DNA of 63,645 bases, filler included, from Kipferlia bialata (taxonomy: Eukaryota), in assembly GCA_003568945.1 (NCBI GenBank). It is 6 parts of 6 records of this genome, joined end to end, with 100 filler letters (N's around TTAATTAATTAA, not from the genome) between each part and the next. Parts side by side here need not be neighbours in the genome. Positions count along the whole stretch, not along the records: positions 27,693 to 41,428 come from BDIP01000907.1; positions 41,529 to 55,259 come from BDIP01000908.1; 4 more parts are not named here. One strand, given 5' to 3'. Positions within the stretch are counted from its first letter, which is position 1. Each line of letters opens with the position of its first letter. Below are positions 27,693 to 41,810 of this stretch, in pieces. A program made the translations under genes and the position numbers. A model generated the notes under the pieces. It had not been told where the DNA came from, ran no database searches, and saw only the letters and a list, made by a program, of their open reading frames with translations.

Positions 27693-28289
27693 ATAACATA
27701 ACAAAATAACTAATAACACCTACTATTTTCCGAACCTGAGCCCCTTGAGTATGAGCCACGTACGAGACGCAGTGTGGTTAAGTGGACCTGTTGAACATGT
27801 GGACTGTGTCGATACGTATAAAGAGCAAGAGGTAGACTCTATTCAATATTGAGTTACTGATTTCAAATATCCTTGTTGAAGTTCTTCTGGTCTTGGTAAC
27901 CACAAGAGATACTTCATGGAATCAGAGTCTCAATTCTATTCTCCTTCAAATGTTACGCAAAGACCAAGTTATGCGCAATACCAACACATACATAAACACC
28001 GTTGAAGTGTCATCGTGAGATCGTGTGTAGCGGTAATGAGCTATTGTGTTGCCTTCTGCAGACATTATCTAGCCATCCTGCTGTGACCAGTTGACTGGTC
28101 CCTCGGGGGCAGGCTCCTTGTGGTGAGATTCCGAAATATAATAGAAAATAGTGAAGAATAGAAATACAACTTTGATTTTCATCAAGAAATACAACTTTGA
28201 TCTTCATCACTTGTCTGGTTATGTGTGAATTATGGACACTGTCCATAGGTGATAGAACATACGGTATGTTATTAGTAATAATATGTTCA

Positions 28290-31200
28290 ACATACCCCCT
28301 TCATTCTCCTTTCAGTCTCCTCTATGATCCTGTCCATGGCACCCTTCTTGCCATACACCCAACTGGGATTAGTAAGTTCTATAGTAATAGGTAGCTACTA
28401 CCCATTTTAATTAATAACCTGGCATAAGATTCTCAGAGACGAGTCGATAGAGTGGTTTCAACGACACCAACATATGTCTGGGGAAGCAGAACGGAAACTC
28501 GTGTGAAGGAAGTGTACGTTACAGCGTGTATACCTAAGGGGCAGGTCATGTCCTTCTCAATACATAACAACCGTTGTAAATACTTGTTTTGACAACGTTG
28601 ACTAAAGGTTTTCTCACTATTTCATCCATATCAACGTGTCTACCTAAGGTGCAGGTCATGTCCCTGTGGAAGAGTGACGGACAAGGGACGGGACTCCGCG
28701 TCACTCTCTGTCGTCAATATATACACATATATATGGTCTAGTTTAGTGCTGGTTCAGTAAGTATGGGGGGCCGAGGCTCACGTGAGCCTGCTCTCGGCAA
28801 GATTACCTGAACCCAGCCGATAGATGATCGACTCAGATGTGTGCTCTGCCTTACCCCCATAGGAGCTCTCCTGGTGTCATTAACAGCATATAGGTGACAC
28901 AATACAAGGTTTTTGAAGTATGCTATGTACATATTTCGCATATCATTGGGTTGCAAGACATGAACCTTGACTGTTCATAATAGTCTGTGAGTATGAAAGA
29001 GTATGATACTCTCAGAGTAACGTGCGTATCTGTACTGAATGGTATATATATATATACCTTACTATATATTGTATAAATATGAATACGATACGTACCTGGA
29101 ACCACTCTGTCCAGGTGTGGCGGTGTCTCTCTCCTGATATCAGAAGAGGTCAAGAATAACTCACTGTAACATATTGCATCCTATCGACGATAGGATTCCT
29201 ATCGTTAAGAGTAGTTAGCATAACGTAACACAGTACCAATAATGAGCATCGTGCATCTCTCTCCAACTATAGATAATATCCAAACAGACACATATGAGTG
29301 TGATACGTACCCAGCATGAGCATGGTGCACTCTACAGGTGGAGGGGCCTGCAGGACAGAGTCTATGCCCTGCGATGAGGACGAGTTAGATTACCAATACC
29401 ACAGTGGTCTACAATACAGTAACTACCTCTGTCTTCCACCGCTGTGTTGTGTACACGATGGACTCATCGAGCACACCCTGCCGGTCCTGACAGCTAGACA
29501 GTCAGTATTGTATGATACAATACTATTGTATCCTAGATCCTAGATAGAGCATGGTGATAACACTATGGATTCCATACCTGTAGTCTGTGACCCAGGTGCC
29601 CTTCACAGAGCAGTGCCACCTGGGTGAGTATATAAAGTATGTATATTTTATATAGTGTATATATTTACATACGTAGATCGAGCACTTACAGGGAATCTCT
29701 GTCAGAGATGATATGTTATTTGTGTATGTATCTGTCACTCACCTTGTGGAGTATCCAAAGTGAACGGTGGGGGTAGTGCGCTGCCAAGCGTACTGAGGCC
29801 TCTTCCTGCCATGTTAGACACTACAATCATTGCAAGCCTCAACTTGAAATGTAACACTGTTACTAACAGATGACTTTACAGTGGCTTGATGCTAAATACA
29901 CTGTCGAAACCAAGCGTAATCTGCACATATGAAACAAGTACCTGTAGTCACATGTGTCCACCAGAGCATGGAACATGTTAGGGGGATACATGTCCATGGT
30001 GTTGGCCCAGGACATAGTGGCAGCTCTCAGCTCCTTTTGTGGGGATGGAATCGTGTAGAAATCTGTAGTACGTAACGGTAGAGACTTGTTGACACTCACC
30101 TTGATCTGGGGTCCAATGGCCTCCACATCGTCACAGTGCAGTTCACAGGTCACCTTGCCGTACCTGTCGGGTTAGCGGTAGAATGGAGTCACTAGAGCAC
30201 AGACAATGGATGTGAGATACATCCAAGGCATCCGCAAATCCATATAACTGATACGCACTTGGCTAGGTATCTGAGCTGGTTAACTCTCTCACTGAGGAAC
30301 CTCACAAGACCATCAACCTGGGGTCAATAGTTTTGGCTCAAAACAAGTTTCATCACAACACTCCACAGGAATATTTGGAGAACACAATATTGCAAGCCAA
30401 GGCATAGCAACATGTAGTGCACGTACAATGGACTCTCCCTCCTCCCTGTGTGTATGGGCCACCATGTCCTTGACAGAAGCCACACGAAGGGGACACTCCC
30501 CTGGCTGCACAAGCCTGCTGCATAAGCAAACACAGGTTACCGTGTAGAACTGATATGACTCTAATTTTTTACCTGATTCTGTCGAGGTCTGGAATGTCAA
30601 AGTAGGCTGGACTACCTACTAGGCCAGTGCCCTGTTGTTAGCACCGGGAACTGTACGGCTTAGTACTATATATGGAGGCAGTTGTATATATACACACTAG
30701 CATTACCTCAGGTAGGTCACTTGGTACAGCGAAGACTCCCGTGAGGTTGAGAGTGGAGACTGCGTTCCTGTCAACCTGCTGGTGAGAACAAATACTTATA
30801 AGAGGTCTAAACAAACGCTGAAGAAAGGAATATCTCCATCCCATGGAGTGTAAACTAGTATGAAGGGAAGTTTGTCCCACAGTAACTCGGCTGACTCTAC
30901 AAGAGACACATATCTACCCCATTCAGTGAAAGTAGATATGCTGCCCACCTCCTGGGCCAGGAATACAGGGTGGCATGCATTGTCGCAGTCTCCCACCCTG
31001 AAGATCAGCGGCAAATTACGGTATATCAAATGACCAAGCTAGTAATGTTGCTATACCATACTTGTGAACATAACTACTATTGCAACCATAGTTGAGGACT
31101 ATATTGTGTTCTTGCTTGTAGTTGAAAATGAGACTATACACATACTTGTGGTTGAGACAGTGCCCATATGCTGCACCCGATGCACTCACTCTGCTCTCAG

Positions 31201-34200
31201 TGGCACTGCCCCAGTGGCCTTATGAGTCAGTGTGTGTACCTGTATAGATGGGACATTCCATCCACAGGTGTTCTAATACACACATGTCGTTTTACATAGA
31301 CTACACAACATATTGCAAATTTGCATCACTCACCCAGTATAGCCAGCACTGGATCCGTGTCTCCCCTGGATGATGTCTTCTTCTCTGCCAGGATCTATTG
31401 TAAGTACTTAATGGACTAACCTATAATAGTACCACGTACACTACATGATGGTTGAGTACGTACCCGCTTAGCACAGGTCGCAGCAGCCTTGGCAAAGAGC
31501 CTTTCTGTGCCCTCTTCCCAGAGAGAGCTGTACCAGACCTACACACTTAGATCAAGTATGAATTGAACAAAGGAGATTCCGTGAATAGGAAGAGAGCATT
31601 CACCTCAAACCCTGAAACTATGTCCATGCAGAGTATGCAACTATAAGAGAATGTATGTACCTGCAGTACAGTCTGGGCACATATGGCTTCGTCAGTGGTC
31701 TTGATCAGCTCCCAGATGACCTTGGATGAGACTCGTTCCTCCCAGTATATTATTGCCTAGTCTTCCTAGTAAATCTCACTATCTGACTGCTGGAGTTGAG
31801 GTACCTTGCTCTTGGATATGGCGTATGGGCATGTGTGGTACCCGATGTACTTGAGAGGGAAGTCCTTGTTGCGTCTCTCCTCAACAGGTATGGGGTCTGT
31901 GTGCTCTCCCTCCTATCGCGTAAGAAGTAACTTACATCATCAAGACGTCATCCACACCATCCTGTCTATACTATGTGAATACCTTGGGGTGTATGTATGC
32001 CATAAGTAGTGGGGCCAGGTCCACTGCACCTATGGCAACATGGGTGGTGCCCATGTCCAGGGGCATCGACTGCTCAACCTAGTATTAACCTCTCATATAT
32101 AGTATGTAGTAAATATACTCTATACATTGTATACTATAGTATATCTCTCTCATATATAGTATACACATTTATGCTAAGAATTGAAAACTGGTCCATTGTT
32201 GAAATGCGTGGACTGCTCTACCCAGTAATATACAAATACACTACATAGAATATGACCACTATTGGTACCAATTCTCACTCACTGTCGTTCCGAATGACAC
32301 CCGTCCTGGTTGGGGCAGGTGCAGGTCCTGAATGTTAGATAGATATAGTAGGGAAGAAGGTCAGATACTAGGAATGCGAAGCTCTGGGACAGGTAGCCTG
32401 CAGGTCCTGACGGTCAGAAAGACTCAGGAGATAGGTATAGAGAGAGAGATGACAGGTACTCTCAGTAGACACGCGGATGGGGTTAGTAATGAGAGTCCGA
32501 TGGCCTCTGGAGAGAGGTTTAAGAAGACAGGGTTGAGTCTCTCTGTAAGAGGTGTAGGAGGCGATGTGAAAGTAGGAGAAAGGTACATAGATACTTCAGT
32601 CTTCAGCTATCCTGTCTGATATTACGTATTGTGTGAGAGAGAGCAGCCTCTACCTGCATGGGTGGGGTGTCTCTTTCCACATCCCCTATCTTGGCCTTTG
32701 CCAGCCAGGGCATGCTGGGAATCAGACTCATGATATGTATATATTGAATATATAGATTGAATATACAGTACATATGGGATATATATAGTAGAGTGAGAGA
32801 GTAGTATATAAAGCTATTGTAGATTCTCTCATTGTTAAAGCCTTTGCCAGCCAGGGCATGCTGAGAGTCAGACTGACGATGCATATATTGTATATACAAT
32901 ACGTATGGAATACATATTCAACACAATTGTAATTACTCTCATTGTTAAGGCCTTTGTCAGCCAGGGCATGCTGGGAATCAGACTGTTGCATGAGATACCT
33001 CACAATATATAGACTATGTATTTAATATACAAATGCTGATCAACATACCAATGCTTCTGATACATACTCTGGAAACAATGCTACTCTGTATACATACCGA
33101 TGCTTCTGTAGAGTGGGGGTCCCCCCAAATCTTGCTAGCTCGTAGAGGAGGAAGTCCTCCTCAGACAGCAGTTGAGATCCCCAGTACAGCCTATCATTAG
33201 GCTATAGCACGAGCATTGCTCTCTCCCACCCTTATGTAAGTGTATTTATATATACCTGCAGAGAGTGATACATGCATATTGCCTACAGGTAGATGTCCGT
33301 ACCTGAGTCCATCATATATCATATGGTTCTGAATAGATGCTAGTACCTGAGTCCCAGAAACAACTGGACTGCTGACTCCAGGACCTCGTTGCATATATAT
33401 AGACATACACATGCTGTACATCCCCAGCTCGAAGTATATATATACTTAGTGGGTATCTACCTAAGCCCCAGAAACAAGTGGACTGCTGATTCCAGGGCCT
33501 CCTTGGCAACAGAGCGGGGGAGGGCACCGAGCTAGAGTAAACGTGGGAAAGGGTATAGTGTGGTACACTCATTATCTCTGGTATACATACATACAATATA
33601 TGACACACATATATATAAATTTGTATATATGTATATATCGTGTATAAATATCTGTATATTGTACTTGAATGGTTGTCGCTGGACCCCCTTGACTGACTGT
33701 GAATGTGGTACATCTCTCTGTATATACACATACCTCAGGACCGGAGTTCTTCAGTTCCTCCCACAGGTTAGTGTTGTAGGGCATCTTCCCGCTCTTACAG
33801 GCACTGAGAATGAGAATGGATACTCACATACACTCATAGGGTATAGATACACATTAGGGGAGCAGCATGGGGCAGAGAGCCCTGATGACTCATCAGGCTG
33901 ATGAGGGGTGAGAAGAGAACTTATCAGTATTCATCGTGATGTGGAGAGAACCGTAGACAGACATAGTGTCTAACACAGTAGCCAGAATAGGGGTTGCAAC
34001 TATTATAATGTATATACAGGTTGCTCTAGGTGCTAGTATATAAGGAGTGAGGGTGTGGTTTAGAGTAGAATACCCGTCACATAATATAGTGTTGGATAAT
34101 GTCTACTACGGGTATACCTTGGAGACCCCTAGCAGTCATGTCATAACCATTCATATACTAATACATATACCTCTCATACACTCCCTAGTACATACATAGC

Positions 34201-34790
34201 ACTCATATCAACCACTATTACTAATACAGGCGTTGTGATCCTGATACCTCTCATACATGCCCTTGAGTACAGCCATTGTCTGTGGATGCATATGTGGGAC
34301 CATGGCTTGCTTGTAGTCAGCCTTGGTGTACTTACGCCTCTGACACTGCCTGGATGTGAGTTGATATACCATTGATGTACATATGCTCATATGCAATCTC
34401 AAAGACCAGTATTGTCATCAATATTTGTAGCTTACGAGTTAAACTTCAGCTGGTTACACTACCTGATGTGTGACTGTTTGTCTCAGTTATGTGTGCTGGT
34501 ATTTACCTATCAATGTATATGGGTATATAGTTAGTTGCTCTTGTTACCTGCTCTGAATGGTGACTGTCTGCTTCAGGTACGCCAGCTGCTCATGTACACA
34601 AGGTGCCTCAGTGGGACTTGACCTCCCACTCATAGTATATAGGGTGAAGACGAGAGCGTCTATCTCTTGTTCTGAAGAGAGACGAAGCTGAGCAGACAGA
34701 GAGGGAATGAGGATATCTCTCCTGTCAGTAGGTTGGGAGAGGAGGGGGTCAACAGTAATCTCAGGTACTCACCCACAATGTCTACAGACG
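28290..34790 (-). CDS. Unknown multi-exon protein (possibly more than one gene)
   Basis: Chain of phase-compatible small exons ~28640-31915: ...KDFPLKYIGYHTCPYAISKSK|AIIYWEE...|VWYSSLWEE...|...GHCLNHKVGDCDNACHPVF...|...KYGKVTCELHCDD...|RWHCSVKGTWVTDY.... No family recognised; ends uncertain. Confidence 0.55.
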
Positions 34791-35903
34791 GTCACTGAAA
34801 TGACTCCGGATACCTCCCTAGTCTCTTGCACTGTGTATATGGTGCATCCACTAGATGATGAGTGACCAGGTTAGAAGACGCAAGACGTTTTGAGATAAGG
34901 ATTGGATTTGTGGCAGGGTGTAGTTCCGCCACTCCTTCTTTCCGTGAAGCCCAGTAGTGACACGCAGAGATGGTGAGTATCGCAGAGCTATATATAGTTT
35001 TTAGGTGTGAATAGCTATTGGTGTACAACGATACTGTATTTGGGGTGGGTGGGAGTGGGAGTGGGTATAGTAGGTCATATATCACAAGTGTGACAATTGA
35101 TCTCTGTTTATGTACAAGTCGACCATCCATACATGTACCCGTACACTGCATATACATTGCACATGTGAGCAGAGCATAATACTACACTTGAGAGATCTAT
35201 AGTGCTGGTATGGGAGATGTGTCAATTCAATCCAACCTACTCTTGGTAACTGTCGCTGTCTCTGACACTCACACCCCAGCCAGTACCCAAGGGGAGTTCT
35301 CTCCCTATAGGTGGTATCGTCAGAAGCCCAGGAGGAACGGTATGTGCTTGTGTCTCATATTTGTGTGGTGGTCTGTTGGACGTACACTTGGATTGACATG
35401 GTGTGCGTTGATACCTGACACTTTGTGAGTGATTGCTCTGCATTAGGCACTATATACCTATACCTTACACGATAATATGGACCTTTATGGCTCCTGTCTA
35501 ATTGTCAACACAGTTCCTCGTCACTCACCACAGTGTAGTTGTTCCCCCACACCTTAGTGTTCGCTCTCCACTCATACTATATACTGTAGACTTTACAGTC
35601 GTCCATCTGTGTGTAATAGTGAGTGCATTACCTACAATAGTATGTATTTGTCTCCCCCCAGGTGCGTATATCCAGACGTTGAGAGGATTGAGTCTCTCTC
35701 TAACCGGTATGGGTGGAGATAGGAGAGAGCTTTTGTCAGATAGGGTATTAGACAATTCAGTCTTAACCGTCTATCGCTACATATAGTGAGAGCAGCCTCT
35801 ACCTGTATGGGTGGGGTGGAAGAGAGCGAGATGCAGATCCACCATAAATAGAAGACATTCCAGTCATCACACACTATCCATCAACATCAATTCCGTGGAG
35901 GCC

Positions 35904-38900
35904 ATGGTACATATCAACAGGGCCCAGAGTGTAGCTAGTGCTCGGCTCAGGACTGAGTACCTCCCGCTCTTGGGTATGTCACACACTACTATTCAGCCTG
36001 TATGACTCACTCTCTGCACGGTCGTCAAACTGCTGATTCACAGGATCCAGGAACCGCGGTCTCGTTGCCGGCTACCTGCAGAAGATAGATGCCACACCGG
36101 TGAGGGACAGCCTTCCTGGGAGCGGGCCTATTGAACACAAAGTGCTGGTATGTACCCTGCCATATGAATACCCTTCACTACGCCATATAGAGCGGCCGTA
36201 TACATTCGGGCAAGTATAGCGACTCTATCTTATATATATGATTCAATCCTTTACACTCGTCTGACTCCCAGGAGGCGCTGACCTTTGAGATGACAGATGC
36301 CATAGCAGCCAGGGAGGAGCTGTTTATGACCATTGACCGTCTGGCTAGGAGGGCAACAGGTAGGCTGTAACGATTTAGCTATATATGGCTGTAATTTAAT
36401 ATATGATACATATATAGTAGTGTTGGCCGTCTTGCTTGGAGGGCAACAGGTAGGGTGTGACCGTATATATATATATATGACTATATGTACATATGCTTCA
36501 CATTGTCAGTGTACGCATTTGGCTCTCACCTTAGGCACCAAGCAGGCTCTCCTGGTACAGAGTATCTGTCAGGACTACAAGTCCCTCATGAGCGACAACC
36601 ACATGACTGACTGTCAGGTTGGTACATACACGTAATAATGCCTCAATACATCTATACGTATATAGTCGGCACGGCACTCTCATGCATGCTGGTGTATATT
36701 CGTAACGTATACAGGGTGTCTAACCGTAGAGACGTGGGCGTGACCCCTCCAGACGCCAGGCAGTGAGGGACTGGGAGGACACACAGCGTAAGGCAGAGTG
36801 GCACGCACAGGGAGAGCAGAAGAGAAGGAGACAGAAGATGAGGCACCAGCAGGCACAGCTGGAGACTGACGCCAGAGAGAGGGAGAGAGAGAGGCGGCAG
36901 CAGGAGCAGGGGAGGGAGAGACCCGGCAATGCTGGCACCCTCAAGCACATGGTGAAGGTCAAGGAGGAAGCTGAGACTGAGACTGTGCCAGTCAAGACCG
37001 AGGTGCGACAGGTACTGCTATCTTTCGTACCAATCTTTGTGTGTATGTGTATGTACTATGTACGTGGCATTGAGGGATATACATATGCTAGCATTGTATT
37101 CCATCAGTCCACTTGGTATATCGGGGAACTGTACATGTATGTGTTACTATCTGACTCCAGACAGCCACAAGTGCAACACGTGTGGCCAAGACCCCTGCTG
37201 CACCTCAGATATCACAGGTACTGGACGTGTATGATACTCAGTCTTGACAATGAAAGGTGGTGTTATAGTGTCATTGCAATTACAGACTCCCACCCATAGT
37301 CTCACTCCAGACAGTCACACAGGTACCTGCAGTGTCCCACCCTCCTGTTGCCGCCTCTGTCACACAGCCTGATGTTGCACAGCCGATGGTAGCACAGACT
37401 CAGAAGGCTGTGGACAGGCACACACATGACACAGATGAGGTATACACTTATACACTTGAGAGTACTCAACTATACACTCATCGGTCTCGTACTATATAGT
37501 ATGGAGAACGAAGGCAGCTTGTCTTTACCATCCCAGTAGTGCAATCGTTACATTGTAGGCTACAATGTGCTTACAGCCAGGAAGAGACAGGTGCAGCAGT
37601 GCACCCTTCTGGTCCTACTGCTGATGCAGCTGTGGATACACCATCTGAGGATCGAGACAGGGGGGCAGAGGAGCCTCCCTATGAGGTACCCCATAGTATA
37701 TCTACACATACACCTGTACATGTGTAGCTACACTTCTTCCCTACCCAGGCACAGCTGCACCAGGTCCTGGTACAGGACTTCTAGATTGCATATATATACT
37801 ATAATGGTACATTACCACTATTAGCTGTATGATACAGCTGCTGTATCCTTAATAATATACTGTCACACTCTACCACATTACCCAGGCGCAGCTGTACCAG
37901 GTCTTTCAGGGTCTGCTAGACATCATGGACGCACAGGACACGGCCAATATGGCCATGGGTGGGGGGGAGTACCACGATGTAGGTACGGGAACATGTTGTG
38001 ATTTATAGGGAGCTGAGATGCTGTAAACGGTGGTCCTGATAGCCAAGTGGACTGAATGGCGACATCCTCAACTCAGAAAGTGTGTATAGTACTAGAGTAA
38101 GAATATACAAAAGTACCCTTCCCTATCCAGTAACCCTAGACGGACTGACTGGTGACATCCTGATCAAGGCAATGGACAGGCAGTGCAAGGACCTGGAGCC
38201 AGCACTATACGTCTACCTGGTACGTACACGAATATATATATATATATGTATATATATATGGACGTATATAGAAGTGTATATATCGTATAAAACGACTTAC
38301 ACTAGGAGACTGTCAAGGCCACCCTCTGTGACGCCATCCTAGCCAGACATGACGACTTTGGCAGACAGTACCAGGGCAGAATTGCAGAAGGTACCCACTC
38401 TCAATTACCCTACTATCCGCTTGGTGCTGTATGTGATAGTATGTGTTATAGACCTGTATATATGGTGTTAACACCAGCCAGTATCGCCCAGGAGCAGTAC
38501 TGCAAGCTGCTCTATGAGAACCAGACTGTCACGGAGCGCATGCAGCAGCTGCTGGTACGTGTCAAGCACAAATGTATAGTGTAGTGACATAGTGTTCCCT
38601 TGTGCTTGCTATGGATCCTTCTCCTTAAGCATCTTCTCCATGGATACATAAGATACATTGTTTATGTCTGCCAATCTTCTGACCCCAGACTTCTGACCAG
38701 GTGCCGCCTCCCCAGAGTCAGAGGATAGCAACTAGTGATAGCCACTCTCAGACCCAAACACTCTGTGTACGTATTACTATACTAAGTATAGTTTGTCACG
38801 TATTTGTATCTCTTCTGCCCTGTCTTCTGACTATGTATAGAAAGTGTGTTCTATTCTCTCTAACCCTAGTGCGACGCATCCACTGCCACCTCCCACATCG

Positions 38901-41404
38901 CTGTGCCTGTGGTAGTGGAGAGATGCATACAGAGAGAGAGATGCATACTGGACACCGAGGAGCCTCAGGTAGTGATACAATCTCGAGTCTTGTGTCTTTC
39001 TACTCACTCTGTGTCTATATGATGGGGATTGTTCCTTTGTCTTTGCTATATCTGTGATCAGAGTCTCAATATGTATGATATATAGTGTCTTACTCACTGA
39101 CTCTCCAGGCATTCGTACAGCGTATCGCTGCTGCTGCTGAGTCCGGAGAGGTCATGTCAGCTGCAGAGTCGGTATGTTGCAGAGTATTATGTATATATAT
39201 ATACTATTAATATTGATTCAATATAATATTGAATATGCACTCTCTCCTTTGTCAGTTATATACCCTGATTGTTCATATCACAGTATCAGGTCTCCTTCGT
39301 TAGCACTCTAACTCCCAGAGAGCAGCCATCCGTGCCCTCTCCAGCATAGTGGTTGAGAGGAACAACAGGCTGGCTGTGCTGCTGCTAGGCACTCCCAAGG
39401 AGGGTATGTCACACCTGTGTCTCATTTGATGTATGTCCAGCATATATATATATATCTATATACATATGCTGATGTGTCCCCCTCTATGTGTCTGGTTCCA
39501 TTCTAGCCAAGAAGAGAAGAATGACTCATTATTGTATGTAAGTTTATAAACATTTGCTGATAACAGCTGAGAAGCTGGCCATGATGGCAGCCATGACCAG
39601 TGGGTCTCCATACTGGTGTGTGGACAGCACCACACTCTCATGCCTCAGTGTGCGTCAGTATGATATGTATATATGTCACATTGTACTTAAGTAATATATG
39701 TATATGTATATATAGGTGTGTGGTGTGTGGACAGCACCACACTCTCCAGCCTCAGTGTACGTATGTGTGATATATATTCATGTGTGTGTGCTACATCTGA
39801 CATAAGTTGCCTGTCATCCCCTCATATACTCTCTCTCCATTACATATAACCTGGATCTGTCCCTATATTTTTTCCTCTTGTCCCCACTACCACCAGGAGC
39901 CAGTGACTGAGACAGTGTTCGACAAGAGAGCAGAGACATCCAATCATTGGACCAATGCCCCAGAGGTGAGTGTGGCTGTATGTACTTCCATTCCTAGTCT
40001 TTGCCAATTGTTTACTCCTACACTTGCCTAATATATCGGACCCTATATGTCACATGTATCCTACATACAGTCTGTATAAATATACAGATGCCAGTTATAC
40101 TAATACTCCAGGTGGCTGCCACAGAGGCACCCCCTACCACAGTGCACAAGCACACACAGTCAGTAGAGGAGGGACCTAGAGAGAGCACCATGCAGAGAGC
40201 AGAGGTGGCAACTACAACAGAGACCCCGCCCACCACCAGGTAATATTGCACTCATGACATTCTTACAGCTAGCCTAGTTGTAACAACTAGCATATACCCT
40301 AGTATTCGTATATTCACTACCCCATTAGAAACCAGTCTCTCATGTGTAGTAATGTATCTTGAGTATATTGTCTCCTTCTTCCCCAGTACTGTACATCCTG
40401 TGTGTTCTGACTCCAGGGAGCACATGCACACCCAGACACCAGATACAACAATGGAGAAGGCTTCAACTCAGGTCTCTGTCCCTATAGAGGAGGCCGCACC
40501 TGCTTCTGAGTATGTAGAGCTCACTCTTCCTATAGAGGAGGAGGACCCATCTACAGATGTGACTGTCTCTACAGAGCAGGAGACATCTGAGGACACCTCT
40601 GTGGGAGAGGACTGTGTACACACAGGCAAGCAGTAAGTTACTGCTGCAGTAACTGACATAGACAGATGTTATTATGACTCATTTCTCCCTCCTAGACTCA
40701 TCGGTAGGTGAGGGAGAGACAGCAGCCCTGCAGCCCCTTGGTGCTCTGGCAGTTAGACTGTCCACACACATGTCACAGATAGAGAGCTACAGAAGGGACC
40801 ACCCTCTCCCATTCTCCCCCCACGCATGGGACTACCCCAGAGGTATGTATATCATTGTCTGCACTTTCGAGACCGTGCACATTGACACCCATAGAGAAGA
40901 CTCTGATACTGAGCAATACAGACCCCTCCTGGATTGTATGACTCCACACACCGTAGTCTTTATCAGACACTTACTACTCTACACGGCATACCAATCCAAA
41001 TACTCTAGTTTCCCAACTCTCCCCAACCCCAGGGTTTGCAACCACCCTCAAGAGGGTTGTGGATCCCATCGAGACTGACCTGGAGGCTGCTGAGGACATG
41101 TCCCCTGGTGACCCGGACATGGTGTATGTCGCCACACACTACTCGACTCTGGTGAGGTTCACATATATGTATGCACTAGAGATACTCATCACTATACATT
41201 ATACTATGTCCCTTCTGTGATGGATCTGATACCCAGGAACTATATATAGTAGATCTACTCTACATGTAGTATATAGTATATGTAATACAATGTCCCCTCT
41301 GTGATGGACCTGATACCTAGGACGAGGGCCTCATGTTCCTATACGACCTCCAGAAGCACATTGACTCGTTCAGATGTGGTGTCGCTAATACGACCTACGT
41401 CTAG
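35904..41404 (+). CDS. Unknown multi-exon protein with charged coiled-coil and T/E/P-rich low-complexity regions
   Basis: ATG at 35904 (tentative), many GT-AG exons (EALTFEMTDAIAAREELF..., RQKMRHQQAQLETDARERERE..., DGLTGDILIKAMDRQCKD...), stop TAG 41402-41404 after DEGLMFLYDLQKHIDSFRCGVANTTYV. Confidence 0.6.
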
Positions 41405-41428
41405 GAAGTACGATACCTGTTACTGTGG

Positions 41429-41528
41429 NNNNNNNNNNNNNNNNNNNNNNNNNNNNNNNNNNNNNNNNNNNNTTAATTAATTAANNNNNNNNNNNNNNNN
41501 NNNNNNNNNNNNNNNNNNNNNNNNNNNN
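41429..41528. other. Artificial scaffold linker
   Basis: N-TTAATTAATTAA-N. Confidence 0.97.
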
Positions 41529-41595
41529 AGGTGGGGGCAACACTTCTCCCTTTTTCTCTCCCCCCCCCCCCCCCTCCATCTCTCTCTACCCCCAG

Positions 41596-41779
41596 GTCCA
41601 GCTGTGCCACAAGGGCCCTGCCCCCACCGCCCTGGCAGTAGGTGCTGGGGCAGTGTTCGTCGCTACAGGTGTGGTTTATACGTATAGATGTACACCTCCC
41701 ACATCATTTATCTGTTTTGTCTATCGATCTATCCCATACACCCAGGCAAGCACGTCCTGGCCTACTCCCACCCCCCTAT

Positions 41780-41810
<31 letters not shown>

